A program made the translations under genes and the position numbers. Positions 1 through 10,749 of a stretch of 64,000 nucleotides of DNA are shown here, piece by piece (the stretch's first letter is position 1; every line of letters starts with the position of its first letter). Source of the stretch: the human T2T-CHM13v2.0 reference genome, Homo sapiens; assembly GCF_009914755.1 (NCBI RefSeq), contig NC_060930.1. One strand, 5' to 3'. The notes under the pieces are model-generated. The model was given only the letters and a program-made list of their open reading frames with translations. It was not told the DNA's origin and ran no database searches.

Positions 1-300
1 CTGGGAGGCAGACAAGGAAGCCCAGGGTGCTCGGAACCCGGCGTTCGCGCCAACCGGGCCCCTGGCGCCTGGAGGGGAGGCGGCGGTAGCTCGTGGGGAG
101 GTGTTGCTCAGAGCCGCGGTGCGAGCCCAGCCTGGCCCGCCCGGTGATTGGCCGCGCTTGGGGGTGGGGGTGGGGTGCAGAGACTGAGGCCCCGGGTAGG
201 CTATTTCTTTGTGTACTCCCGGGGATTTATTGGGTATATTAAACCCTGTTGGGAACGTTTCGGCTCCTTGGCCGCCAGCGAAATGAGACGGGGATGGAAG
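1..300 (-). ncRNA. PNKY: Probable 5' end/promoter of the divergent neural lncRNA PNKY (boundaries uncertain; transcript would extend left out of the window)
   Basis: Known locus organisation: PNKY/Pnky is transcribed divergently a few kb upstream of POU3F2. The sequence shows a CpG-rich segment with a minus-strand CCAAT (ATTGG 147-151) and G-rich GT/GC boxes at 159-176. The TSS cannot be fixed from sequence alone. Confidence 0.4.
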
Positions 301-2799
301 TTGGAGTTGAGACCTGGGAAGTCAACGTGGGAAGGATCTCAGCATTAATCGCCGGTGATGTCCTATCGCAGACAGGAAGTTTTGATGTACACGTGCAGCC
401 TATTCTTGTCCCCTCACACTAGCGCCCTATGCCGGGAGGAGGGCGGGGGTGTGGGGTGGGGTGTGGAGAGAAAGATAAGAGGAGGAGGAACTTTTAAATT
501 GATTCAGAGCCAGGCCGCCTCAGTTCCTTCGAAGATGTGTTTGAAAACTTCATTCTTCTTTCGAGTGTATCATCCTATGGGCTGCAGAAGGCCTTGTGCC
601 TCGAGAAATGTGAAATTAAATCCAGAGAAAAGCAGACACCTGCCCCAGAAAGGTGGGGGAGAAGTATGAGCTGCTTAGCACTTGGACGCGGCCCTTCCCC
701 AGGGCTGGATTCTTCTGTCCGTGGGAGCTCTGAGCTCCAGGTCCGCGAAAAGAAAGGCACGACATGTCAGGAGAAGATGCGGCTGGCGGGCTGTCTGTGC
801 GCTCCCCAAGGCCCAGGGAAAGTCACGCGCCTAGCACAGGGGACGCAGGGCCGAAGCCGGGAGAAGGCGGTTCTGCCCGCCACCCAGCCCCTTGGCTCGC
901 GGTTGCGGAGCCGCGGGCACCAGTCGCTGAGTCTGCGCGCTGAGGCTCGGACTTGTTCATTTTTTCCTAGCTAGACAAAGTTATGGGATTCCTAGCAGCC
1001 CCCAGGCGCGCGGCCAGAGTGGCCCCGCGCTTGCGCTGGGACGGAGCGACACGCTGTGTGTGTCCTCGCCTCGCCTCGCCGCGCGGGTGCGCGCGTGGTG
1101 GGGGTGCAGGTCCGTCCTGCTGGCGGCCTGTGGGCTCGCCCCTCCCCTATTCATTTCTCTCCCCCACACACGCTCATAAACACAGGACACGTGGAAATTC
1201 TCAGCCAAAGCGTCTTGCCCGGGCGGGTGCTCAACGTGGTGATTTATAAACAGCTCAGCCACTCTCCAAAGAGCATGACTCCTTGTTAGTCATGATGAAT
1301 TTTCTGGCCCGCTCCAGTCTGCTGTCTGGATTCAGATGCTCAGAGGCCCCAAAATGCTCCCTCTGAGCGTTGATTTGGCTGCCCTCTCAAGCCTACGACC
1401 GCCGGCAAAACCAGCGATAGAGCGAGGGGTGAGAGGTGGGGACGCGATCCAGGTTCCCTGGGGTCTGTCATTCCCTTCCCGGCAGTAACTGTTGATTCGC
1501 TTTACAGCGCCCATGTACACACCCGGCCCTGCGTGGCGGTCACGCCGCTCCAGCCTGGGTCCGCGCCCAAGTTCTAGCTACCGGGCTTGCAGGCTCGGAA
1601 ACTCGCAGGCGGCACCTGCTCTGGGCGGCTAAAGAACTGATGGCGCGACGCGCCCGCGCTCCGTAGAGCGGCGCTGCGGGTGCATGGTCCCATAGTCTTG
1701 CTCTGGAGTTCACTGCTGAAAGCTGAGCTGGGAGCTTGGCCAGGGAGCGCCAAAGACATAGACTAACCCCACCCGCTAGCGCCCACCGAAGTTACTGATT
1801 AGGAAGGTTCCCCTGGCATCAGCCCATTTGCTTCACACACTCTTCCTCCTTCCCAAGGGGCTAACGGAAAAGTTGCACCTACCAGCGGTAGGAGCACGGG
1901 GAATCGCGCACGCAGGCCCTCCGCGCGGCTTCCCGGAGCGGCCTTTGGCGACTGCGCCGCCCCTACAAGGCCGCACACCCCTCGCCAGCACTCCGGCAGC
2001 CTCGCACAAGACGGAGCCCACGCAGGCTTCTAGTTTTCTAAACCAAAAACTGCACGCGCCGGCGTGTGAATCTGACGGAGAGACTTTTAGAGTTTTGTTT
2101 GGTTTTCAGTTCAGACCGCTACGCTGTCAGAGCAAGCAACTCCGAGCCTTGATGGGAATGACTTACAAGCCGCGGTGCGGGCTGAGCCTGCCTCTCTCGG
2201 GGTTCTTTCCCCAAGGGAGTGGGAGACAATTGGGCCTGGAACCTAAAAGGAAGAGAGCCTGTGCTAGCCGCGGGGTAGAGGGGAAGGAGAAGAGCTTTGG
2301 GCAGAAGTGTCCGCACACCCTGGAGCAAGAGACACTTGTGCACTGAAATTCTAACCGTGGGATGCAAGGAGAGTTGAACAGGGGAACAGGTCTGGCTCTT
2401 GGCTCTAGGTTTAAGAGATACACACTGTGTGTGTGTCCCTAGGTGAATAAAAATCCGACTCCCGCTGGCTCGGTGCGACCCAGCTTTTCCCTTACCCCCT
2501 CCGTTTCCCCATCTTAAAGCCCTATTGGGAAACGAAAGTGGACACCACTGCCTCCCGCCCCCCACCCCAATCCAAGTCTTCCAAGTGTCTGTGGCCGATA
2601 AGAGCACCGGGACCGCCCCCCTGCCGGTCTTCTCTGCCTGGGAGACAGATGGGGGGCGGGGCCCATCCGAGAGAGGGCGGAGGAGGCCCCGGGTGAGGAA
2701 GAAGCGGGGGGGTGAGAACTGAGAGAATCTGAATCGGGAGGCGAAGGGGACGGGGAGGAGGGCTAGGAGGACTCCGAGCCCGGGGGAGGGGGAGGGAGT

Positions 2800-2905
2800 A
2801 GCTCTGCGCCAATCAGTGGCGCCGGCCTGGGAGGTTGCTAGCGGTATCCACGTAAATCAAAGGGCGCGGAGCCAATGGGAGGGGGCGGAGGGGGCGGGGC
2901 CCAGG
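2800..2905 (+). promoter_or_regulatory. POU3F2: POU3F2 proximal promoter: two CCAAT boxes, RFX X-box-like element, TCF/LEF site, Sp1 GC boxes
   Basis: CCAAT at 2809-2813 and 2872-2876; GTTGCTAGCGGTATC at 2834-2848; ATCAAAG at 2856-2862; GGGGCGGAG/GGGGCGGGGC at 2882-2900. These lie just upstream of a GA-rich 5' UTR; no TATA box. Beta-catenin/LEF regulation of the BRN2 promoter is established knowledge. Confidence 0.75.
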
Positions 2906-3197
2906 CGCGTGCCGCTGCGAGCCGGCGCTGCCAAGAGAGCGGGAGAGAGCTGGAGAGAGCAGGGAGAGGGGGGAGCGCCGAGCTAGTCAGAGAGTGAGCG
3001 AGAGCGAGAAGGAGGGAGAGGAGGAGAAAGAGAGCGAGGGCGGGCGGGAGGCGGCGGCGGCGGCAGCAGCAGCAGTAATAGCAGGAGCAGCAACAGAAGG
3101 CGTCGGAGCGGGCGTCGGAGCTGCCCGCTGTGGGAGAGAGAGGAGACAGAAAGAGCGAGCGAGGAGAGGGAGCCCGAGGCGAAAAAGTAACTGTCAA

Positions 3198-3263
3198 ATG
3201 CGCGGCTCCTTTAACCGGAGCGCTCAGTCCGGCTCCGAGAGTCATGGCGACCGCAGCGTCTAA
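3198..3263 (+). other. Upstream ORF (21 aa, [21 protein letters not shown]) overlapping the POU3F2 start codon out of frame
   Basis: ATG at 3198-3200 is the only ATG between about 2940 and 3243. It is in weak context (caaATGc) and ends at TAA 3261-3263, past the main ATG at 3244. The ORF is certain; its translation is not shown. Confidence 0.6.
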
Positions 3264-4575
3264 CCACTACAGCCTGCTCACCTCCAGCGCCTCCATCGTG
3301 CACGCCGAGCCGCCCGGCGGCATGCAGCAGGGCGCGGGGGGCTACCGCGAAGCGCAGAGCCTGGTGCAGGGCGACTACGGCGCTCTGCAGAGCAACGGAC
3401 ACCCGCTCAGCCACGCTCACCAGTGGATCACCGCGCTGTCCCACGGCGGCGGCGGCGGGGGCGGTGGCGGCGGCGGGGGGGGCGGGGGCGGCGGCGGGGG
3501 CGGCGGCGACGGCTCCCCGTGGTCCACCAGCCCCCTGGGCCAGCCGGACATCAAGCCCTCGGTGGTGGTGCAGCAGGGCGGCCGCGGAGACGAGCTGCAC
3601 GGGCCAGGCGCCCTGCAGCAGCAGCATCAGCAGCAGCAACAGCAACAGCAGCAGCAACAGCAGCAACAGCAGCAGCAGCAGCAGCAACAGCGGCCGCCGC
3701 ATCTGGTGCACCACGCCGCTAACCACCACCCGGGACCCGGGGCATGGCGGAGCGCGGCGGCTGCAGCGCACCTCCCACCCTCCATGGGAGCGTCCAACGG
3801 CGGCTTGCTCTACTCGCAGCCCAGCTTCACGGTGAACGGCATGCTGGGCGCCGGCGGGCAGCCGGCCGGGCTGCACCACCACGGCCTGCGGGACGCGCAC
3901 GACGAGCCACACCATGCCGACCACCACCCGCACCCGCACTCGCACCCACACCAGCAGCCGCCGCCCCCGCCGCCCCCGCAGGGTCCGCCTGGCCACCCAG
4001 GCGCGCACCACGACCCGCACTCGGACGAGGACACGCCGACCTCGGACGACCTGGAGCAGTTCGCCAAGCAGTTCAAGCAGCGGCGGATCAAACTGGGATT
4101 TACCCAAGCGGACGTGGGGCTGGCTCTGGGCACCCTGTATGGCAACGTGTTCTCGCAGACCACCATCTGCAGGTTTGAGGCCCTGCAGCTGAGCTTCAAG
4201 AACATGTGCAAGCTGAAGCCTTTGTTGAACAAGTGGTTGGAGGAGGCGGACTCGTCCTCGGGCAGCCCCACGAGCATAGACAAGATCGCAGCGCAAGGGC
4301 GCAAGCGGAAAAAGCGGACCTCCATCGAGGTGAGCGTCAAGGGGGCTCTGGAGAGCCATTTCCTCAAATGCCCCAAGCCCTCGGCCCAGGAGATCACCTC
4401 CCTCGCGGACAGCTTACAGCTGGAGAAGGAGGTGGTGAGAGTTTGGTTTTGTAACAGGAGACAGAAAGAGAAAAGGATGACCCCTCCCGGAGGGACTCTG
4501 CCGGGCGCCGAGGATGTGTACGGGGGGAGTAGGGACACTCCACCACACCACGGGGTGCAGACGCCCGTCCAGTGA
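3244..4575 (+). CDS. POU3F2: POU class 3 homeobox 2 (BRN2/N-Oct-3), intronless, 443 aa
   Basis: ATG in strong context (gtcATGg), N-terminus [12 protein letters not shown], poly-Gly, poly-Gln and His/Pro tracts, POU-specific domain ([28 protein letters not shown]...), POU homeodomain ([10 protein letters not shown]...[15 protein letters not shown]), C-terminus [12 protein letters not shown]. 1332 nt = 443 codons + stop. Confidence 0.99.
3445..3507 (+). repeat. Coding GGN repeat, Gly x21
   Basis: GGC run interrupted by GGG/GGT codons. Confidence 0.95.
3616..3690 (+). repeat. Coding CAG/CAA repeat, QQQH + Gln x21
   Basis: CAG tract with CAT and CAA interruptions. Confidence 0.95.
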
Positions 4576-7500
4576 ACTCGAGCTGGGGGAGGGGCAGAGC
4601 GCGGGGCTCCCCCTCCCCTTCGGTCCTTGGCCCTTTCCCGGCCCTCTTGTTCCCTCTCTAACTTCTGATTGTTCTTTTATTTTTAATTATTATTTCCCCG
4701 TCCCTTAAAAAGACAAAAAAAATAAGGCAAAAGGAAAGCAACTAAGACACTGGACTATCCTTTAAAGGTAGCAGGTGTAATGATGTGTTTTGACCTTTGC
4801 AGGCGAGTAACCAGGCAATGGAGTGGAGTGTCTCCTGGAGAGAGTGAGGAGAGTGTGTGATAGCTAGAAAGAGAGAGAGACAGAGAGATGGCAAGCACTG
4901 AGATAAATACCTGGCAAAACTAAATAAATTACCAAAAAGGAAAAAAAATCCACCAAACCATGATAAACACAAAATGCAGCTTCCTGATGCTTAGAGTTGG
5001 CACATGCTGCTGTGTTTATTTATTGCGGATTCCCATCAGGAAAGAGGAAAAAATACACATGTTCTTTCATATAGGCAAAATTTAACCACATAAATTTGCA
5101 CTGCAAGAAAATTGAAGTTTACGTGAACAAATTCATGAGCATATTTTCTCTTTCTCCCCACCGTTAATTTGGGAGTTGCCGTTTTGGGGGATTTTGTTTT
5201 GCTTTGCTTTATTCATCGGAGAGAGTTGAAGCCAGCTCTTGGCCACTCTCCATTTCTAATGTTCTTGTGTTGCCCCTTCTTCGTACTGTTTGTGAACTTT
5301 GGTTACCTTCACATTCCCCTTACGAGGGTGTAACATCTATTTGTTCCTCTTACCAAAGCAAAAGGATTGGCTTCATACAAAATAGACAATTCTCTGATTT
5401 CAGGAAATGTGCATGGTCTACCCGCTTTATCGAAGGCAAGAATCCGGTTTGGAATATAAAAATAAGCATTGGTTGTTCTTACCAGCCACAAAGTAAACTT
5501 CATTTTCAGGCAGTGTTTCTGGGGGAGGTTATGGAGGGAAGAAAAAAGAAAAATCGATAGTGAGTGACTGATTGCTTCATTTTATCAGGCGGGCCCATTG
5601 TGAAAGAGCTCAGGGGAAATGTGGAGGTTAAATATATTTCCAGAGTTGTCCAGCAGAAAGAAAGTGGCACTTTGAAGAGAACTAGGGAAGTACATATCTT
5701 CAGATATCCCTATATAGTTCTCTACCTTCAGTTTTAGTAACAATTATGAAGAATTATTTGTGCTGACAGCAGCAGTTAAACTTTGTTTCTCTAATAGCTT
5801 TTTTTTTACATAAAAAAAGACCCAGGAACTTAATAGTGTATGCATAAGACTGTGTTTTTTAGCACACAGATACCCACAGCATACACTGACGATCTCCACG
5901 CAGTAGACAGGTTTTGTCTTCACTAGCTCATTTGTTTATCAAGTCATATTTAGGGTCCCACACCCTCTTTTCCTGTAATTTATTGCAGAATACACCACTT
6001 TGACTTGGACAGCTTTCTGCCCCCTCTTTCACTAAGGAAGGCAAATGAAGTGAAAAAAAAAATGCCATTTTCAATCCTTCCTTTCTCCCCTTTGTTAATA
6101 GTTTTAAGTGAATTTTTGACCTTATCTTAATGGAAAACGGTTAACTCCAAACACAAAAGACTCTACTGGAAAGTGTAGGTGAAAAAACTTGTAACTGTAT
6201 TGAAAATAAATACCATTAAACTGTGATCAGTTAAAATTTAAAAGAAAAATCAGCACAAAAGGGCGCTAAAAGGGAAAACACTTTTTATTAATCTTAAAAG
6301 TTTGGGGGTTTTTTTCCAGTTAGGTATTAGATAAATTTTTATTTTAAAAAATGAAAGTCTCACTACCATAAAATTATGGTTCAGCATCAGATTAGCATTG
6401 CACTCAGTAGTCTTTAAGGTTTTAGGAAATATGCTTTATATTGTCTTTTCAAACACCTGTGATTGTTTCATTTTCCATGTTTTTGCAAGATAAATGGTGA
6501 CTTATAATGGGCATATTTATTTGCCTGTATTTCATTTCCCCCAATGAATGTCACAAGGAGATGGGCACGGAGCTGCTTCGGGTGCATCACGCTGCTCGTT
6601 CCTGAGGTATGGGAACTGGCCTTTAGTGAAGCTATCCAGAGCAGGGCAAATAGCCACTGGTAAAGGGAGGAAATGAATTTCCAGATACTTATTACCAAGT
6701 AGGTAAGGTCAGAAGCTGGAGTTCAGAGAATGTGTCTACAGCTTCTCTGACTCTTATAGGTTTACTAAGATGAAAGTTACCACTGAACCTTACCACTATG
6801 TATATATGTTTAATATCTGTCTTTTGAAATGCAGAAATAGTTTAAATGTTTCTTTGTCTATTTTTCTTTTTTTTTAATGCTACCCAGGGAAATATTTTCA
6901 TATCATTTTTAAGTGGCCTGCCTCAATGTATATTTATTTCTTTTGAAACAAAAAGGTTCTGGAAACTGTTTTTCTGTAGCTTTAAATGAATAGGTGAGCA
7001 AAATCTATATGGGATGTAATTTTTTTGTTCAGTCTCTTAAAAAATACTTTGTTTTGGTACATTTGGTTGTGCTTGTGGGGAAAATAAAAACGCAGAGATC
7101 CTTATATATTTATGTTAAAGTAATATTTTATTATCTACATAAAACAGAAATGCACAATACCTTCATAGTTTGTTCTAATTATTGAAATATCTTTATTTTA
7201 TTTTTAAAGATAGTGCCAAGTTTTAAGGGGGGAAAACCCTAGACCTTAAATTGACTGAGTTGAGTTGTGTGTAAAACACTTCCCTTCCTTTATACTTCAT
7301 AAAGTTTTGGAATAAATTTTATGCATATACTGCCAGATTTGATGTTCATAACTTTCAGAGGCTTTTTTTTTTTTTAATGGAGACTACTGGTCTAATTCAC
7401 TTTACTTTGCAAAAACTATCAGTCCCAAATCTTTCAGTCACTATGCCTGTAGCATTAAATTGAAATGGTCATTGGGTTTGAGCTTCAATTTGCTTGCCAT

Positions 7501-7830
7501 TTCATGGTCCTACAAAGAGATGTTTGTCCCCTTTAAACATATGCAGATATGCCTGCATCTTCTTTCCAGGTTAACTATACCTTATTCGATTGTGCTGTTT
7601 TGGAGAACATCAGTGGAACTAGGTGGACTTTGATCTCTACCCATAGGTCCTCAAATAATTTGGGATCTACAGAAAAGCAGGATTTAGTAGATTATTATTT
7701 TTAATAATTTACAAATATCTCTTAACAAAGAATAACCCTGATAGTATACTATTGTGAGTTTACTAAATGATTAGAAGTAGATCCTATACATTATTCCTGT
7801 TTGGTTTGCATAAAAAGATGAATTTTACAA
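4576..7830 (+). other. POU3F2: POU3F2 long 3' UTR with candidate poly(A) signals and miRNA seed matches
   Basis: AT-rich, repeat-free sequence after the stop. AATAAA at 6205-6210 (plus ATTAAA 6215-6220), 7083-7088 and 7311-7316; variant CATAAA at 7809-7814. The distal end is approximate. Confidence 0.7.
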
Positions 7831-10749
7831 TGGTTTATACAATTGTGTCTATTTTTCATTAGGCATACAAATGGGCTTTAAAGCAAGTAAAGAAAAAAAA
7901 AGAACATATGGGAGAGATTCAAGCCGTGATGCTAATAACAGATTGTTTCAGACAATCTTAGATGAAACAGTACCAAAATCCGTTTTAAGGTTAGTGAGAA
8001 TTTCAAGCAGTGTTGGATCAGTTTACAAGTTTGCTGATGTATTTAAAGCCCTCCTTGGAACATTGGTTTAAGTATAAATGTCCATTTTGAAAAGTAGTTT
8101 CTGGGCTTATTACATCTGATCATCTTTTCTAACTCCTAGTCAATATTACATGGGTCTCAAACAGATTCCACCAAATGATCTTATCAATAGTCTGAATGAG
8201 AAGCGACAGAAAGAAGAAGTGTTTTGTGACCGCAGATATGCTGATGGGTAAAATGTTTAAGCTGGGTATAGATTTGAGTTCTGGGTCAATATTCTCCTCC
8301 ACTGCAGGCAGAAAACAAGCAGCATCTGCCCTCTGCAGGGCATTTTAGTGGACCTTGAGAAGGCATTTTTGTTCTTAGCCACAGGGGCTGCTGAGTGGAA
8401 ACCATCACATGTTAAACGTGCACACCATGGTTTTGACCCATGCTTTCTGTTCAGATCCTAAGGCTACTCGAATAGTTGCCACACTGGTTTGGGGAATGTA
8501 TTACACACTAAGGTGGAAAACCCCATCACTGCCACTGGGAGAAATTTCTGGGGCAGTTGCCCCTAAGATGTTGGCTAGCCGTCACAACAAACCCTTTCTT
8601 TCTCCTAAGACAATGCAGAATACAGCTATCCCAAAGACCTCCTGTGTTTCTTCAAAATATGTTACTTGTAAAATTTATGTAATAATATGGGGGAGAAATG
8701 ACCATGTGAAAAAGAGTTATGTGAAGGTCAGATGGAGGGAATAGCCACAAATAATATTACGTTTGGCCGTCCTAAACATTCTCGGTTCCCACGAAGTAGC
8801 CGCCTTTATATTTCAGATGGTAGCAACAAAAGCACTGTTCTCTTCCTCTTCCCTTCCTGCTCCTACCAGTGGAGGCCACACACTGGTTGGCAAAATTTCT
8901 GGTGAAATGGCTTTGGTAAAGACACTCATCTACCTTCTTTTTTCAAAAGCAACTAATAAAGAGATGCAACAGCAGCAATGGGGGAGGGGGTGGCATTTGG
9001 GTGCATTGGTACCTGCACGTATGTCTATATGCTGCATTCATTTGCTTTTCACTTGCCTTACTTTGGAGGCAGTTTGAGTAGTGCTGGGGAGCCAGGTTAA
9101 ATTATCTTTCTATCACTAGTCTCTGTGATTTGTCTTGGTTGAATTTTCAAACAGTTTATAGAACTCTGTTCTACATTCTATTGAATTTCAACACAAGTTT
9201 AAAAATCAGGCAAAGAATGGAACTTGTACAGAAAAAGAAAGAAGGCTGGTGAAGTGAGGGTCAAAGGTAAAAGTGATTCTTTGGGTCTGCTTGTATATTT
9301 CAGTGAGTAGGGCAAAGGACAGTGTTTATTTAAAATGAAAGAAAAAGATGCATCTTGGAGTACTATGAATCTTGATATTATAACTAAATGGAATGTACAA
9401 CTAAGTTTTTTATAAACATTTTCCCTGTTTAGGAAAGTTTACTTTTCAATGATGCATATTCTTTTAACAAGGGGCAGATGGCCATAGGAAAGAATCAGGG
9501 CTTCTGCTACCTATTCCCACCATTTGATTCAGGATGGGAAACAAGGCAAAAGTGGCAGGGGCCTGCCACCCAGCTAACAAATCATGGAATTAACTGACCC
9601 AGGTTTTCAGAACTGGTCCTGTGTTATTTTAATGCCTCCTTATCAGGCAGGCATGAGGGTACCAGAAAATGGCTTTTTTCATTTTCCTAAGGCCTTGCTT
9701 GGCTGATAAGGAGATAAGGAAACAATGAATATTTTAACATTTTTCTGGTGTTTGGTGGGAAACTGGGAAATTTGTTCCCTCCTTTAAAAGAAGAAAAGTT
9801 AATAAACTTAATCATATAGTACCTTCCTTTATCTTAAAGACACCTCTGCTTGACTTAGCTGTTAGAGGTTTTAGAAATAATTTAATATCCCATCAAAACA
9901 ATCCTGGCCTCTTTTATTGTTCCTAGAATTCTGATTGTTGGTAAGATTAAGTTGCCTTTCTTTTTTTAAAAAAAAAAAAGGTCTGAAATGTTATTTAATA
10001 CACCAGTAAAAGTGCATCTATAGCCTAAAGTTTATTCCTTCCATGTCTTTCTGAGTTTTTATAGCTCTTTGTCTGGGATTTGGGGAGGGGGGGACTTCCA
10101 TATGCGGTTTGTGCGTGAAGAGCCTAGGCTCTGGAGTGGTCTCTAGTTGGCGGCAAACAGCTCTCTGCTCTCAGAATGGGGAGCTGTCACCTAGAAAAAA
10201 AGAAGGAAATAAATCCCCCACAAAGACGTAGTTGTCACCAATTTTAGGAAGACAGGGGAGCACTAGGACCCCATCTGAGGGATATGGAGGGGATTTTGAT
10301 TGTTATGAATTGTATAAGATTAACTCTCTGTGTGTCGAGCGACGGCAATAGGAAATCTCACTGTGGACTAAATTTGAATTTGCGTCCTTTTTTATTTGGG
10401 TAATGTATTTTTCCTCCCACCAGTGTTTCCTTTGGGTTTGTTGTTTAAAAAGGAAAGAAGGAAAAAAAGGCCACACAACAAAAAATATGGCCACAGAGAC
10501 TTTGGCAGGAGGATGGGAAAAAGAAAGTTTCTTGTGGGTTTGTAACACAAATTAGCCATTGTAAATCACTGGGCTTCAAGGTTCAGGCAAATCTATGTGG
10601 AAAGTGTTAGGAGTTCTTTTCCTCCTCCTGTTAAGAAATCTCATTTCGTCAGGGGAACTGTTATGTTCTACAGCACATGATTCTGGAGACAATTATTTGG
10701 CATTAATAACTTTTTGTTGATGTTGTTCCCCTAACAAATATTGCTTCAA

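Larger units (their letters stand above)
700..4620. promoter_or_regulatory. Large CpG island spanning the POU3F2 upstream region, promoter and CDS
   Basis: Very high GC and CpG density from about 700 to the end of the CDS, dropping sharply after about 4620. Confidence 0.9.

Noticed and set aside
148-2812. Many 60-170 aa ORFs upstream of POU3F2
   Set aside because: Overlapping in several frames, GC-driven, no recognisable domains.
3130-3243. ORF-track start giving a 481-aa POU3F2
   Set aside because: It starts at GTG. The strong-context ATG at 3244 gives the known 443-aa protein. Kept only as a hypothesis under findings.
3211-4538. Long antisense ORFs (382 aa and 242 aa) opposite POU3F2
   Set aside because: Expected shadows of a GC3-rich CDS with triplet repeats (poly-Leu and poly-Ala mirror poly-Gln and poly-Gly); no independent domain.
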